Assembly: GCA_035541475.1 (NCBI GenBank)
Contig: DATKND010000047.1
Span: 508 to 64,507, forward strand
Source of the DNA: Myxococcota bacterium
GTDB lineage: Bacteria > Myxococcota_A > UBA9160 > SMWR01
DNA: 64,000 bases
Direction: 5' to 3'
Shown here one piece after another: positions 15,952 through 25,853 of this stretch. A program made the translations under genes and the position numbers. The notes beneath the pieces were generated by a model that worked only from the letters and a program-made list of their open reading frames with translations, ran no database searches and was not told where the DNA came from. Within the stretch, counting starts at the first letter, position 1. Every line of letters begins with the position of its first letter.

Positions 15952-17301
15952 ATGCTCGAAGCAAGGCGCGTTCGCATCGCCGGCCAGGGGGCGGCCCGGG
16001 ACTACGCGGCGCACCTGCTCGCGAGCCTCGGCGCCGATGTCGTGCGCGCCCGGGGTCCGATCGATCTCCCGGCCGCGCTCGAGTGGGCACGCAGCGGTGC
16101 GATGTGGCTGACGGGCACGGCGGTCGGTGCGCCGCGCCCGGCTCCGGGTCCGCTGGCGTCGTGCGCGCGCGGCGCGCTCGAAGCGCTCCGCGCGCTCGTG
16201 CCGTGGAGCGACGCGCTGCCCCTCGACGGCGCCGCGCTCCTCGGCGAGCGCGCGGCCTGCTTCGGCTACGCGCGCGCGGGTCGGGTCGCGCCCAGCCGGA
16301 GCTGTCGCCTGCTCCGCTGCGAGGACGGCTGGATCGCGCTGAACCTCGCTCGCGACGACGACCGCGCGAGCCTGCCGGCCTGGCTCGAGCGCGACGCCGA
16401 CCCGCAAGCCGACGCGTGGGACTTCGCCGAGCGTGGCGTCGCGCGGCGCTCGACCGCGGACCTCGCGCTGCGCGCCGGCTGGCTCGGCCTCGCGGTCGCG
16501 GTGGCAACGGCGCCACCCGATCCGACACCGCCGTGGCTTCGCGGGCGCGCCGTCGGCGCTGCCGGCGCGCGCGCGTGGCAGGGTCCGCGCCGCGCGCCGC
16601 TCGTGCTCGACCTCTCCGCGCTGTGGGCCGGCCCGCTTTGCGGCTCGCTCCTCGCCGCAGCCGGCGCGCGGGTCGTGAAGGTCGAGAGCGTGCGGCGCCC
16701 GGACGGCGCGCGCTCGGGACCTCGCGACTTCTTCGATCTCTGCAACGGCGCGAAGCCCTGCGTCGCGCTCGACCTCGGCAGCGCGCGCGGGCGCGAGCAG
16801 CTCGCGGCCCTGGCCCGGCGCGCCGACTGCATCGTCGAGAGCGCGCGGCCACGCGCGCTCTCGCAGCTCGGGCTCGACGCGGACGCATGGCTCGCGGAGG
16901 CGCCGGGACGCACCTGGGTGTCGCTCACCGGTTATGGCCGCGGCGATCCGGCGCCCGGCCGCGTGGCCTTCGGCGACGACGCCGCCGTCGCGGCGGGGCT
17001 CGCGCTCACGACCGGCGGCGAAGACGCGCCACTCTTCTGTGGCGACGCGATCGCCGATCCGCTCGCGGGCCTGCATGCCGCGGTGGCCGCGGCGGCTTCG
17101 CTGCGCGCGGGCGGCGGCCATCTGCTCGACCTCGCGCTCCGCGACGTCACGGCGCACGCGGCGGCGTTCCGGCCGGCGTCGGATCTCGCGGTCTCGATCG
17201 ACTGCGTGTCGCCGCCGCGCGCGCGGCATCCCGCGCGCGCCGCAGGCTCGCTCGGCGCGGACACCGCGTCGATCCTCGCGGAGCTCGGCGTCGCGTGCTG
17301 A
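15952..17301 (+). CDS. Family III CoA-transferase (CaiB/BaiF)
   Basis: VLDLSALWAGPLCGSLLAAAGARVVKVES, KPCVALDL, ADCIVESARPRAL..LGL, FGDDAAVAAG. Start trimmed to ATG 15952. Confidence 0.88.
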   Translation: MLEARRVRIAGQGAARDYAAHLLASLGADVVRARGPIDLPAALEWARSGAMWLTGTAVGAPRPAPGPLASCARGALEALRALVPWSDALPLDGAALLGERAACFGYARAGRVAPSRSCRLLRCEDGWIALNLARDDDRASLPAWLERDADPQADAWDFAERGVARRSTADLALRAGWLGLAVAVATAPPDPTPPWLRGRAVGAAGARAWQGPRRAPLVLDLSALWAGPLCGSLLAAAGARVVKVESVRRPDGARSGPRDFFDLCNGAKPCVALDLGSARGREQLAALARRADCIVESARPRALSQLGLDADAWLAEAPGRTWVSLTGYGRGDPAPGRVAFGDDAAVAAGLALTTGGEDAPLFCGDAIADPLAGLHAAVAAAASLRAGGGHLLDLALRDVTAHAAAFRPASDLAVSIDCVSPPRARHPARAAGSLGADTASILAELGVAC

Positions 17302-18713
17302 TCACGCGCGCGGAGGTCGAGGGGCGCGCGCCCTGCGCGGTGCGGATCGCGGGCGGTCGCATCGTCGAAATGGGCGCCGATCTCGATCCGCGTCCGGGAG
17401 AGAGCCTCTTCGACGCGGCGGGCGGCGCGCTGCTGCCCGGACTCCACGACCACCACCTCCATCTCTTCGCATGGGCCGCCGCGCGTCGCAGCGTCGCCTG
17501 CGGACCGCCGGCCGTGCGCGATGCCGCGGCGCTTGCGGACGCGCTGCGCGCGGCCGCGCGCTCCGCGAAGCCCGGCGCCTGGATCCGCGGCGTCGGCTAC
17601 CACGAGTCGGTCGCGGGACCGCTCGATCGCAACGCACTCGACGCGCTCGTCCCCGACCACCCGCTCCGCATCCAGCAGCGCACCGGGTCGCTCTGGTGCC
17701 TGAACAGCGCCGCGTGTCGCGCGCTCGGCGTCGACGATGCCGCGGGGCGCCTCTTTCATGCCGACGCCTGGCTGCGCGCGCGCCTCGCGGCCGGCGAAAC
17801 GCCGTCGCTCGCGGAGGTAGGATCCGTGTTGTCGCAGTACGGCGTCACGGGAGTGACGGACGCGAGCCCCGACAACGGAGCCGTCGAGCTCGCGGCCTTC
17901 GCGCGCGCGCAGGCGCAGGGCGAGCTTCCGCAGCGCGTGCTCGCGATGGGCCGCGCGGATCTGCCGGAATCTTCCGCGCCGCGACTCGCGCGCGGCCCCC
18001 GCAAGCTGCGCCTGTCCGAGAGCGCGCTGCCGCGCTTCGAGGACCTCGTCGCGGAGATCGAGTCCACGCATGCACGGGGTCGCGTGGTCGCGATCCACTG
18101 CGTGACGCGAGCCGAGCTCGTCTTCGCGTGCGCGGCCTTCGAATCCGCGGGCACGCGCGCGGGCGACCGCATCGAGCACGCGAGCGTCGCGCCGCCCGAC
18201 ACGCTCACGTCACTCGCGGCGCTTCGCTTGACAGTCGTAACGCAGCCGGGGTTCGTCGCGACCCGCGGCGACGCCTATCGGCGCGACGTCGACTCGAACG
18301 ACCTTCCCTATCTCTATAGATGCGCAGGACTCGCCACCGCCGGGATCCCCCTGGGCGGCAGCACGGACGCGCCGTACGGCGACGCCGATCCGTGGGCCGC
18401 GATGCGCGCGGCGGTCGACCGACTCGCGCCGGACGGCCTCCCGCTCGGCGCGCAAGAGGCGCTCTCGCCCGAGCGCGCGCTCGCGCTCTTCACGACCTCG
18501 GCCGAGTCGCCGGGCGGCGAGCCGCGACGGATCGTGCCGGGCGCGCGCGCGGATCTGTGTCTGCTCGATCGTCCCTGGTCGGCAGCGCGCCGGCAGCTCG
18601 AGAGCAGGCACGTCGTCGCGACCTGGTGTGACGGGCGCCTCGTCGGCTCGGAGCTCGGCTTCGCGCACTCCGGCAACACTGCCGCTCTGGCGATACCTTC
18701 GGCGCCATGCTGA
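17295..18713 (+). CDS. Amidohydrolase family 3 (YtcJ-like)
   Basis: GTG start overlapping the CoA-transferase stop. LLPGLHDHHLH, VAIHC, RIEHAS, GGSTDAP and GARADLCLLD. Confidence 0.88.
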   Translation: MLITRAEVEGRAPCAVRIAGGRIVEMGADLDPRPGESLFDAAGGALLPGLHDHHLHLFAWAAARRSVACGPPAVRDAAALADALRAAARSAKPGAWIRGVGYHESVAGPLDRNALDALVPDHPLRIQQRTGSLWCLNSAACRALGVDDAAGRLFHADAWLRARLAAGETPSLAEVGSVLSQYGVTGVTDASPDNGAVELAAFARAQAQGELPQRVLAMGRADLPESSAPRLARGPRKLRLSESALPRFEDLVAEIESTHARGRVVAIHCVTRAELVFACAAFESAGTRAGDRIEHASVAPPDTLTSLAALRLTVVTQPGFVATRGDAYRRDVDSNDLPYLYRCAGLATAGIPLGGSTDAPYGDADPWAAMRAAVDRLAPDGLPLGAQEALSPERALALFTTSAESPGGEPRRIVPGARADLCLLDRPWSAARRQLESRHVVATWCDGRLVGSELGFAHSGNTAALAIPSAPC

Positions 18714-19687
18714 TCCGACCGCGCCGCAACCGCGCGAGCCCCGCGCTGCGAAGGCTCGTGCGCGAGACGCGCCTCGGCCCGGACGACCTGGTGCTGCCGC
18801 TGTTCGTGCAGGAGGGCGAGAACCGGCGCACGCCGATCGCGGCGATGCCCGGACACGCGCGGCTCTCGATCGATCACCTGGTCGCGACCGCGCGCGAGGC
18901 CGCCGAGCTCGGCATCCCGGGCGTGGCGCTCTTCCCGGTGCTGCCGGACGAGCTGAAGGACCCGCGCGGCAGCGCGTCGACGAAGCCCGACGGCCTCTTC
19001 CAGCGCGCGATCCGCGCCGTGAAGTCGGCGCTGCCCGAGCTGCTCGTGATCACGGACGTCGCGCTCGATCCGTACTCGTCGGACGGCCACGACGGTGTCG
19101 TGATCGGCGGCCGCATCGACAACGACGAGACCCTGCCGCTGCTGGCCGCGATGGCGGTCTCGCAGGCGGAGGCCGGCGCCGACGTCGTCGCGCCCTCCGA
19201 CATGATGGACGGTCGCGTGCGCGCGATCCGCGAGGCGCTCGACGCGGCCGGCTTCGTCGACGTCGCGATCGGCAGCTACTGCACGAAGTACGCGTCGGCC
19301 TTCTACGGCCCCTTCCGCGAGGCGCTCGACTCGGCGCCGCGTCACGGCGACAAGAAGACGTATCAGATGGATCCGGGCAACGCGCGCGAGGCGCTGCGCG
19401 AGCTCGCGCTCGACGAGGCCGAGGGCGCGGACTGGGTGATGGTGAAGCCGGGCCTGGTGTATGCCGACGTGATCCGGCTGGTGCGCGAGCACACGGCGCT
19501 GCCGGTCGCCGCCTATCACGTGAGCGGCGAGTACGCGATGCTGCGCGCGGCGGCCGAGCGCGGCTGGATCGACTACGACGCGTGTCTTCTCGAGTCGCTG
19601 ACGTCGCTGAAGCGCGCCGGCGCCGACCTGATCTTCACCTACGGCGCGCTCGACGCCGCGCGGCTGCTGAGGCGCGGCGGACGTTAG
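18707..19687 (+). CDS. hemB: Porphobilinogen synthase (ALA dehydratase), Zn-independent type
   Basis: RPRRNR, DVALDPYSSDGHDG (no Cys triad), APSDMMDGR, YASAFYGPFREA, YQMDP, MVKPG, AYHVSGEYAM. Confidence 0.97.
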   Translation: MLIRPRRNRASPALRRLVRETRLGPDDLVLPLFVQEGENRRTPIAAMPGHARLSIDHLVATAREAAELGIPGVALFPVLPDELKDPRGSASTKPDGLFQRAIRAVKSALPELLVITDVALDPYSSDGHDGVVIGGRIDNDETLPLLAAMAVSQAEAGADVVAPSDMMDGRVRAIREALDAAGFVDVAIGSYCTKYASAFYGPFREALDSAPRHGDKKTYQMDPGNAREALRELALDEAEGADWVMVKPGLVYADVIRLVREHTALPVAAYHVSGEYAMLRAAAERGWIDYDACLLESLTSLKRAGADLIFTYGALDAARLLRRGGR

Positions 19688-19706
19688 GCGCCCGCTGGCG
19701 CTCGCC

Positions 19707-21534
19707 TCAGGGCGTCATCACATGCGGGGAGGAACCCGGTCTACCCGCCGCGACGTTATCACTTCCTGGTGTCGATGCGCCGGAGGTCACCCGAAACACC
19801 CGCCACCTCGGCCCGGCGGCCTCGAGCTGGAAGGCCTCCGAGTGGGCGGCGAGGAGCCCCTGGAATACGTCCGATTCCTTGGGCAGCCAGTAGCTCCAGT
19901 TCTTGTCCGTGACGACGACCCATTGCACGCCGTGTCGCCGGATGCCCTCCATGAGGATGTCCGTGTCGCTCAGCGGGGGAAGCCACACCACCTTGCGCCC
20001 GGACAGGTGATGGACGACAGCGACTTCCCGCGCCATGAGTACGGCGCGTTCGTCCGCGTGCTCGCGCAACCATGTGGCGGCCTGGATCTCCGAGTAGTTG
20101 GGAGATTTCGTCACCTCGAAGGCGAGGTTCCAGCGCGCGACTGCCAACTCCTCGATGACCCCCACGAGCACCAGGCCCCCGATTCCCAGCGCGAGAGAGA
20201 TCCCTGCCAGACGCGGCGCGAGGGCACCCCAGTCGGGATCGAGGCGGAGCCGCTCCCCGCGCTCGCGCACCCACAGCCCGGCGGCTGCGACCGCGATCCA
20301 GAAACACGAGGAGGCGACCGGCTGGATCGTACCCAGACGCAGCGCGCTACTGCCCGCCATCGCGGCGAGCGGCACCGACACGGCGATCAGCGCCGTGCCG
20401 AGCCGGCGACGACGGAGTCGCGCCTGTCGGCCGAGCTCCAACGTTCCGCGCCAGACGTACCAGCACGCGAGCGGCAGCAGCGGCAGGATGAAGCGGACCT
20501 CGACATCCCAGGGCCACACCACGACCATCGCGGCCGACGCGACGAAGGCGAAGTCGTGGAGGTGACCGGCGCGCTCGAGCAAGGAAGCGACCAGACCGAC
20601 TAAGAGCAGGCCCAGCGCGGCGGATATCGCGGGCGAGCCCCAGTCCGGCAGGATCCAATGGTGCGTGAGCAGCTGGTCAGCACTTGTCGTGTAGTTCAGA
20701 AGATTGTCGCCGATGCGGTGCACCCAATCCGCAGCGCCGGCGTCGCCCAGCTCCGGTCGATTTCCGTTCACGACCCTGAGCTGTGAGAGATACGACTTCG
20801 GGTAGCCGCCCAGGGGCCATTCCGAGATCTCGTTGCCTCCGGCCCAGACCATCCAGATCCCTTGAACGACGACACCGACGAGCAGCGCCGGGGCGAGCCA
20901 GCGCAGACGTCGCCGCAGCGCGCCGCGCTCCATCAGCCAGGTCGCGCCGATCCAGGCAATTGCGCCGGCGATGATCGAGATGGCCGCCGTGCGGAGCATC
21001 ACGCACGTCGCGAGGGTTGCCGCGAAGAGCAGGGATGTGGCGACGCGCTTGCGCGTAGGGCCTCCGGAGTCCGCGCCCAGGGCGAGCCAGAAGGCCAGCG
21101 ACGTCACGGCGAAGCACGGCAGGTCCGAGAACCACCAGGTTCGTGGAGAAGGAGAAGATCTCGGGCGAGGCCATCGGCAGCAGACAGGCGGCGCCCGCGA
21201 TGCCTCGTCCCCCGATCCGGCGGATCAGCGCGTAGCTGAGCAGGAAGCCGAGCGTGGAGAAGAGCGCCAGCGCCCGCAGGTCGTTCGCATGACCACAGCC
21301 CGTCGAGACACACAGAAGTGCAAGAAGAGAGGGCATCCCCGGCGGCATGAGCGTCCCCGGGGCTCCGTTGAAGCCATAGGGCTCGCCGTGGACGATCGAC
21401 TCGGCCAGCTCGATGTACGTGGTATCGCCACTGACGAAGTCGTCACCGCGGCGGACCATGAACCCCTGGAGCGCGCCGAGCGCGATGATCGCGCAGGCGA
21501 AGACGATGTCCGTCCGGGTGACGCGCCGGGGCAT
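19707..21534 (-). pseudogene. GT-C (ArnT/PMT-like) membrane glycosyltransferase interrupted by a +1 frameshift
   Basis: Track ORFs 20677..21534 and 19707..21107 join if one G at 21132/21133 is removed: NLV-[G]-FSDLPCFAVTSLAFW. The repaired ORF is 608 aa with SGDTTYIELAESI and R.ILPLLP motifs. Could also be a sequencing error. Confidence 0.75.
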
Positions 21535-21721
21535 GTTCCGACCGGAGCCGGGCCGGCCGACAGAGGGTGAGGGAAGCTCGATCGGCGGCAGCGAACAGGA
21601 GGCCCGCGCTCGGCGCGGCGAGCCTAACGCCCTCGGATGAGGATCGTGCGTGAACTCCTCATCATGACAGCGGGCTCATATTTCCTGCGCCGCGATCTGC
21701 GCGGCGGAGTACGCTGACGCC

Positions 21722-22684
21722 GTGAAGTGCATGGCGCAGCGCTCCTTCGCGCGCGGCGAGCCGCTCGTCCTGACGGAGCTGCCGACGCGCGACCCGCACG
21801 CCGACGAGATTCGCGTCGCGGTGAAGGCGATCGGGGTCAACCCGGTCGACTGGAAGATGCGGACGATGGGACCGCTGCGGCTCGCGGCGCGCCTCATCGG
21901 CCCGCCTCCGCCAGTCGTGGTCGGTGTCGACTTCGCGGGCGTGGTGGACGCCGTCGGTGCGCGCGTCGCCGATCTCGCCGTCGGCGACCGCGTGGTCGGC
22001 GGCACGGACTTCTCGCGCGGACAGCGCGGCTCCTACGCCGACACAGTGTACGTCCGACCGGATCAGGTGTGCCCGATCCCGCCGGAGGTCGACCTCGAGA
22101 CGGCGGGCGCGCTGCCCGTCGCCGGCGTGACGGCCTGGATGTCGCTCCGCGAGATCGGGCGGCTCGACCCCGGCGAGCGCGCGCTCGTCCTCGGCGCGTC
22201 GGGCGGCGTCGGGCAGTTCGCGGTGCAGATCGCGAAGCGGGTGCTCGGCGGCTTCGTAGTCGGCGTCTGCTCCGGGAAGAACGCAGCGCTCGTTGCGTCG
22301 CTCGGCGCCGACGCCGTGCTCGACTACGAGCACGGTGACATCCTGGCGCAGGCCCGCGCCTGCGGCCCATACCAGGTCGTGATCGACTGCGTCGGCAGCT
22401 ACTCGGGGGCGGGCTGCCGCGCGCTGCTCGCGCGCGGAGGTCGACACGTGATCGTGAGCGGCGATTCTGCCGCCGCCATCGCGCAGCTCTTCGTGCCGCC
22501 CTTCTCCTCGAAGGCCGTCCTCGCGCGCGCGAACCGCGAGCGCCTCGGCCACGTCGTCCGCGCGGTCGCGGAGGGGAAGGTGAAGGTGAACATCGCGCAG
22601 CGCTTCGCGCTCGCGGACGCCGAGAAGGCGCACGCGCTGAGCCGCACCGGCCGCGTGGCGGGCAAGCTCGTGCTGCTGCCCTAG
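21722..22684 (+). CDS. NAD(P)-dependent MDR oxidoreductase (quinone-reductase / AST1-RTN4IP1-like)
   Basis: AIGVNPVDWK, GVDFAGVV, LGASGGVGQFAVQIAK, GRVAGKLVL; no catalytic Zn ligands. Confidence 0.9.
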   Translation: MKCMAQRSFARGEPLVLTELPTRDPHADEIRVAVKAIGVNPVDWKMRTMGPLRLAARLIGPPPPVVVGVDFAGVVDAVGARVADLAVGDRVVGGTDFSRGQRGSYADTVYVRPDQVCPIPPEVDLETAGALPVAGVTAWMSLREIGRLDPGERALVLGASGGVGQFAVQIAKRVLGGFVVGVCSGKNAALVASLGADAVLDYEHGDILAQARACGPYQVVIDCVGSYSGAGCRALLARGGRHVIVSGDSAAAIAQLFVPPFSSKAVLARANRERLGHVVRAVAEGKVKVNIAQRFALADAEKAHALSRTGRVAGKLVLLP

Positions 22685-22718
22685 GCGCTTCCCCCGTCGG
22701 CCCTCCTCGGAAGCAGAC

Positions 22719-23123
22719 TCATCGCGCCGGCTTGCGGGACCGGATGAATGCCAGGTACCGGAGGAGTTCCGCCTCTTCCTCCGCGCTCAGATCGTCGAGC
22801 GCGAAGGCGCTCAGCCTTCGGTGTTTGCGCGCCTCATCCCCGTCGGACGGCGCGAGGTACCCGGCCTTCTCCATCAGCGACTCGTACGGCACTGCGTAGA
22901 CCACTGCGAGGCGCTGCAGCACGTTGGGAGACGGCTGCTGGACCCTCCCCTTCTCGAGCTGGCTCAGATAGGCGTTCGAGACCGCGTTGCCCGTAGCCTC
23001 TTCGACCTGACGCAGGGTGAATCCCCTGGCTGTGCGCAGGTCGGCGAGCAGCCCGCCGAGCTGACTCCGCGGCCCATCGAACCGCTTGCGCCGTTGCGGG
23101 GGACGTCGGGTGCCGTTGCTCAT
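22719..23123 (-). CDS. XRE-family HTH transcriptional regulator
   Basis: LRTARGFTLRQVEEAT...VSNAYLSQLEKG...PSPNVLQRLA..Y.VPYESLMEKAGY. Confidence 0.92.
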   Translation of the reverse strand: MSNGTRRPPQRRKRFDGPRSQLGGLLADLRTARGFTLRQVEEATGNAVSNAYLSQLEKGRVQQPSPNVLQRLAVVYAVPYESLMEKAGYLAPSDGDEARKHRRLSAFALDDLSAEEEAELLRYLAFIRSRKPAR

Positions 23124-23129
23124 GCGTCC

Positions 23130-23158
23130 AGTATGCCCGCATCTGCTTTCTTAATCAA
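23130..23158 (-). promoter_or_regulatory. Candidate sigma70 promoter giving a leaderless XRE mRNA
   Basis: Minus strand TTGATT (23158-23153) N17 CATACT (23135-23130); the ATG begins 7 nt after the -10 box, with no SD. Confidence 0.55.
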
Positions 23159-23179
23159 GCAAGCTGCATGTCTGCTTGA
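23155..23179. promoter_or_regulatory. Inverted-repeat operator TCAAGCA-N11-TGCTTGA
   Basis: Perfect 7-bp inverted repeat in an AT-rich spacer (38% GC counted over 23141-23200); each arm overlaps one of the two divergent -35 boxes. Confidence 0.6.
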
Positions 23180-23203
23180 CGTACTTATAATGCTTGGTAT
23201 AGT
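23176..23203 (+). promoter_or_regulatory. Candidate sigma70 promoter for the rightward operon
   Basis: TTGACG (23176-23181) N16 TATAGT (23198-23203), followed by SD GGAGG before ATG 23233. Confidence 0.55.
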
Positions 23204-23232
23204 TAGCAACGAACCAGACCCAGGAGGGCACC

Positions 23233-23862
23233 ATGGAACACGGCGAATCCAGACTCTTCGAGGACCGACCTGCGCGGATCGCGCACGAGGCGCGGCTCCA
23301 GGCGAGCTGCTTCTGGTGCGAGCAATCGCACGACTCGAAGCATCCGCTCTCGGTGTGCCCCGCCTGCGTCGGCACAGCCCGCGCGGGCCGCTTCCCGATG
23401 GGATCGCTTGCGATGCAAGGATCCTATCCGCTCACCGCCGAAATGATCGACGCGACGCTCACTCGCAAGTCGCCCGGAAACTACGCACTCGGCTACCTCG
23501 ACGGCGACACCTTCCTGGTGTTCTACGTCGGTCGCTCCGACTCCGACGTGAGGCACCGCCTGCACGCGTGGGTTGGCGCACCGAGCGGTTACGACCGTCA
23601 TGCGCCTTCGACCCGGGCGGCATGGGAGGTTGCGCGACGCGGGCCGCTCTCGCTGGAGGTGGCGACGCAAAGTCGCGTCGGGGCCGCGATGGATAGCGGC
23701 TACACGCGCTTCGCCTACAGCTACGCGCCCTCCGCCGAGGCGGCCTTCGCCAAGGAGTGGCGCAACTACGACGACTTCGGAGGAAGCGACGGACTCGACA
23801 ACGCCCTGCCCCCGTCCCGACGCCAGAGAGCTCCCGAGGAGCCGCTCGAGCAGCGGGCCTGA
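23233..23862 (+). CDS. GIY-YIG-like nuclease-fold protein with N-terminal CxxC...CxxC
   Basis: SPGNYALG...FYVGRSD..VRHRL, then [13 protein letters not shown]...LDN; N-terminal CFWC and CPAC; strong SD. Confidence 0.6.
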   Translation: MEHGESRLFEDRPARIAHEARLQASCFWCEQSHDSKHPLSVCPACVGTARAGRFPMGSLAMQGSYPLTAEMIDATLTRKSPGNYALGYLDGDTFLVFYVGRSDSDVRHRLHAWVGAPSGYDRHAPSTRAAWEVARRGPLSLEVATQSRVGAAMDSGYTRFAYSYAPSAEAAFAKEWRNYDDFGGSDGLDNALPPSRRQRAPEEPLEQRA

Positions 23863-23915
23863 GAGCGACTCGAATCGGCCCCGTCTGGACGGAGGCCACG
23901 GAAAGGACCCAAGCA

Positions 23916-24203
23916 ATGAAGTTGAGACCGCTGCACGACCGAATCCTCGTCGAGCGCGTCGAGGAAGAAGCGAAGACCAAAGGGGGGCTCATCATCCCCG
24001 ACACCGCCAGGGAGAAGCCCATGGAGGGCAAGGTGATCGCCGTCGGCGAAGGCAAGATCCAGGAGAACGGCAAGCTCCGGCCCCTCGACGTGCACAAGGG
24101 CGACCGGGTGCTCTTCGGCAAGTATTCCGGCACCGAGATCCAGCACCTCGGCGACGAACATCTGATCATCCGCGAGGACGACGTCCTCGCGGTGCTCGAG
24201 TAG
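23916..24203 (+). CDS. groES: Co-chaperonin GroES
   Basis: [33 protein letters not shown]...[13 protein letters not shown]...[10 protein letters not shown]. Confidence 0.98.
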   Translation: MKLRPLHDRILVERVEEEAKTKGGLIIPDTAREKPMEGKVIAVGEGKIQENGKLRPLDVHKGDRVLFGKYSGTEIQHLGDEHLIIREDDVLAVLE

Positions 24204-24213
24204 GGGACGAATC

Positions 24214-25851
<1,638 letters not shown>

Positions 25852-25853
25852 AG

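Noticed and set aside
23202-23210. TTAGCAAC as a CIRCE half-site for groESL
   Set aside because: Mismatched, with no second arm (GAGTGCTAA) 9 nt away, and 700 bp from groES.
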